Translations under genes and position numbers: made by a program
Shown: one piece after another, positions 58,280 to 61,162 of the stretch
How positions within the stretch are numbered: position 1 is the first letter of the stretch
Layout of the letters: each line of letters begins with the position of its first letter
Assembly: GCA_043803765.1 (NCBI GenBank)
Contig: JAZDJQ010000011.1
Coordinates: 1 to 61,162, forward strand
Origin: Candidatus Iainarchaeum sp.
GTDB lineage: Archaea; Iainarchaeota; Iainarchaeia; Iainarchaeales; VGJJ01
Direction of reading: 5' to 3'
DNA: 61,162 bases
Notes under the pieces: model-generated
Told to the model about the DNA's origin: nothing
The model's input: only the letters and a program-made list of their open reading frames with translations
Database searches by the model: none

Positions 58280-61162
58280 CATTCAGTCAATAAGCCTATT
58301 TGAGGATGGCTTGGTTTGGGAGCCGAAGAAGGACGTGGCAAGCTGCGAAAAGCATGGGGGACCCGCAAGCAGGGGCTGATCCCATGATTTCTGAATTATT
58401 CCATAAAGGAAAGGGCACCCCGGGAATCGAAGCATCCTAGTACCGGGAGGAAAAGACATCGAACGAGATGCGGGGAGTAAGGTCGACTGAAATCCGCAGA
58501 GGGCAAACCGAATCGCACGTGGTAACACGTGTGAGATGTGGAGTTTGGACTCTCGCACAACCGTTTTGGTGAGGACAAGTGTCTTGGAATAGACCGCCAT
58601 AGAGGGTGATAGCCCCTTGTCTAAAACCAAAAGGGTTGATTGGGAGTATCCCGAGTAGGTTGCGTTAGATATCGCTGCCGAACATTCCGCTCATTGCGCG
58701 GAAACCCTAAATACATCCCAAAACCGATAGCGCACGAGTACCGCAAGGGAAAGCTGAAAGAGTACCCTTCAAAGGGGGTGCAATAGCGCCTGAAACAAAT
58801 AGGTGACGGAGAGGAGCGGCGTTAAAGAAACGACGACGTGGGAAGCGCAAGCGACCATGTCCGATCAACGTTGCTCCGTACGTCCTGAAGCACGAGCGAG
58901 GGAGTTTGTGCACGTGGCGAGGGTAAGCTTGTTTAGAGCGTACTCGCAGGGAAACCGAATTGACCGCAACAACCGCAAGGTTGCCAGGGTCGCCATGTTA
59001 ACTGTGTGGTTAGTCACGAGCACCAGACCCGAAGCCTGGAGATCCACCCCTGGGGAGGTTGAAGGCGAGCTTCCACTCGCTGGAGGACCGAAACCAGTTT
59101 TAGTCCAACTATTTGGGTCACTTGGGGGTAGGAGTAAAATGTCATTCGAGCCAGGTGATAGCGGGTTCCTCTTGAAACGGCCCTTAGGCCGGCCTGGATG
59201 GAGGCGAGACACGGTGTAGAGATACTGATTAGGGGGTGTTGCCTGGAAACGGGTAGCCCCCTTGTCAAACTCCGAAGTTGTGTCTGCTGTAGAAGTCTGG
59301 AGTGGGGGAACGCGGGTAAGCCGCATTTCCGAAAGGGAAAGAACCCGGTGTACGGTTAAGGTCCATAAGTGGTTTCTAAGTGTGATTCAAACTGCGTTGG
59401 TTTCCTTAGACAGTGGGGAGGTAGGCTTAGAAGCAGCCATCCTTCAAAGAAAGCGTAACAGCTCACCCATCTAGGACGCCAGCCGGGAAGATACGCTGGG
59501 CTCAAGAAGCTCACCGAGACCGTACGGCACGTTCTGTGAACGTGATCCAGTAAAGAGGTGGTTGGGTCGCGCCGAAGTGGGGGCGAAAGTTCCCATGGAG
59601 CGGCTTGACATATGGATCCTCGCGCTAGTAATAACATAGAAGAGTGAGAATCTCTTCCGCCGAAAGGGCAAGGGTTCCTTAGCGCTTGTCATAAGCTAAG
59701 GGTTAGTCGGTCCTAAGTGTTCACGTAAAACGCGAAACACGAAAGGGAAACAGGTTCATATTCCTGTACGACCCGTGTACGAATTTTTGGCAACAAATGG
59801 AACGCATGAGACGGTTTTGGCTAGGTCGTGCCGGCTCGTCTGCCGGTTCAAGATCTATAATCCCCCGGAGAATCGTGATGATGAGAAAGGGGATAAAGGA
59901 TTGGAGCAGCAATGTACGACTAAGGCCGGAATCCCGTGAAAATCGTGCGTTCAAGAATCATGGGTCTCCGTACCGAGAACCGAGAAAGGTGCCCCTGGCT
60001 GAGAAGGCCAAGGCGTTCCGGGACAAACTCTCGTAAGGGAATTCGGCAATCTAGCCCCGTATCTTAGGTATAAGGGGTGCCTCTTCATGCGTAATGAGGA
60101 GGTTTCAATAACAAGAGGAGTCCGACTGTTTATCAAAAACATAGGTGACTGCAATGCCGCAAGGCTGAGTATAGTCACCGACTTCTGCTCACTGCAAGTA
60201 CCTGAAACCCCGTTTCAACGGGACTAAAGGCTTGTGAAGAGCGGGCCTAACTCTGAGGCTCTCATGGTAGCGTAATACCTTGCCGGTTTAATGCCGGCTT
60301 GCACCAAGGAAGTAACGAGATTCCTGCTGTCCCTACGAGGGGCCCGATGAACTCACTACGCGGTGAATATGCCGCGGAACTCCAACGGGAAGAGAAGACC
60401 CCACGGCAGTTTACCACACCCAGCCGTTGTGGTAGAACTGGGACTGTACAGTGTAGATGGGAGCGTCGAGGGCGTGACGCCAGTTGCGCCGGAGCACCAA
60501 TGTAACACCATCCTGTTCTATTTCTACTGCTTACCTCCGCAAAACGGAGGGACACCGGTTGGCTTGGTGGTTTGACTGGGGCGGTACGCCCCTGAAACGA
60601 TATCAGGGGCGCCCAAAGGTCTGCTCAGGAGAGTCAGAAATTCTCCGTAGAGTGCAAAAGCAAAAGCAGGCTTGACAGTGGTCTACATAGCAAGGACCGC
60701 TGATGGGAAACCAGGGTTTAGCGAGCGATAGTGTGTCACGTAATGGGACCCTATTCTGACAGTGAACCGATCCTGGGGGTAACTGAGTGGTTGCGGGTGA
60801 GAGTCCATATCGACCCCGCAGTTTGCGACCTCGCCGTCGTCTCAAGTCATCCTGGCTGGGCATAACCAGCCAAGGGTGCAGGGGTTTACTGATTAAAGAC
60901 TTTCGTTAGTTGGGTTAAGAACGGTGCGAGCCAGTTTGGTTACTATCTGTTGGAGTTGCGGTTGGTCTAAGGGTAAGCTTCGCTGAGTACGAGAGGAACG
61001 GCGAGGCGCTGCCACTGGTGTACCAGTTGTCCGACAGGGCACCGCTGGGTAGCTACGCAGTAGTCGATAAACGCTGAAAGCATCTAAGCGTGAAGCGACA
61101 CCTGAACAGAGACCAACAATCCAGAACTGCAAGGAGATAAACTTGTGTCACTGGACAAGCGT
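58280..61162 (+). rRNA. rrl: 23S rRNA, 3' end cut by the window; 5' end approximate
   Basis: GGATGGCTTGG, AGTACCGCAAGGGAAAG, GACTGGGGCGG P loop, AGTACGAGAGGAAC sarcin-ricin loop, GCTGAAAGCATCTAAG. Confidence 0.98.

Noticed and set aside
61110-61162. 23S seemingly ending after helix 94, or being circularly permuted, because the last bases can pair with the leader at 58067-58104
   Set aside because: The tail folds locally as a helix 98 hairpin (TCCAG..TGCAAG/CTTGTG..CTGGA), the leader has its own GTGA-TTCG-TCAC hairpin, and no helix 99-101 sequence is seen upstream; the window simply ends.

Overview
A 61 kb archaeal chromosomal segment, most likely from a DPANN archaeon. Iainarchaeota/Diapherotrites is my inference from gene content, divergent rRNA and many basic orphan ORFs; it is not a database result. 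The housekeeping backbone includes rpl35ae, rnhB, scpB, two ftsZ paralogues, SSB, TyrRS, a frameshifted CysRS, TFB, rps8e, cgi121, Hef, histone, cmk, PAN, FEN1, rpl40e, rpl41e, a DGGGP synthase, and a 2-oxoacid dehydrogenase plus lipoylation cluster. RNA genes are SRP RNA, three tRNAs, a complete 16S rRNA and a 23S rRNA cut by the window end. Most notable: (1) the rRNAs carry many substitutions at nearly invariant positions of the peptidyl-transferase centre and decoding site, some compensatory; (2) two unannotated intergenic RNA candidates, each with promoter, hairpins and a U tract, share 13 nt of mutual complementarity; (3) a roughly 97 bp double-hairpin palindrome occurs three times, always co-oriented just downstream of a gene; (4) the 16S-tRNA(Ala)-23S order is kept, but the spacer is filled with protein genes; (5) a scattered set of Arg/Lys-tailed orphan proteins has remote GNAT, methyltransferase or NlpC/P60 folds; (6) several small ORFs missed by the track, including a 49-aa hyperacidic protein beside a tail-less SSB. 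No CRISPR array, transposase or integrase was seen. All alignments and RNA folds were done by eye.
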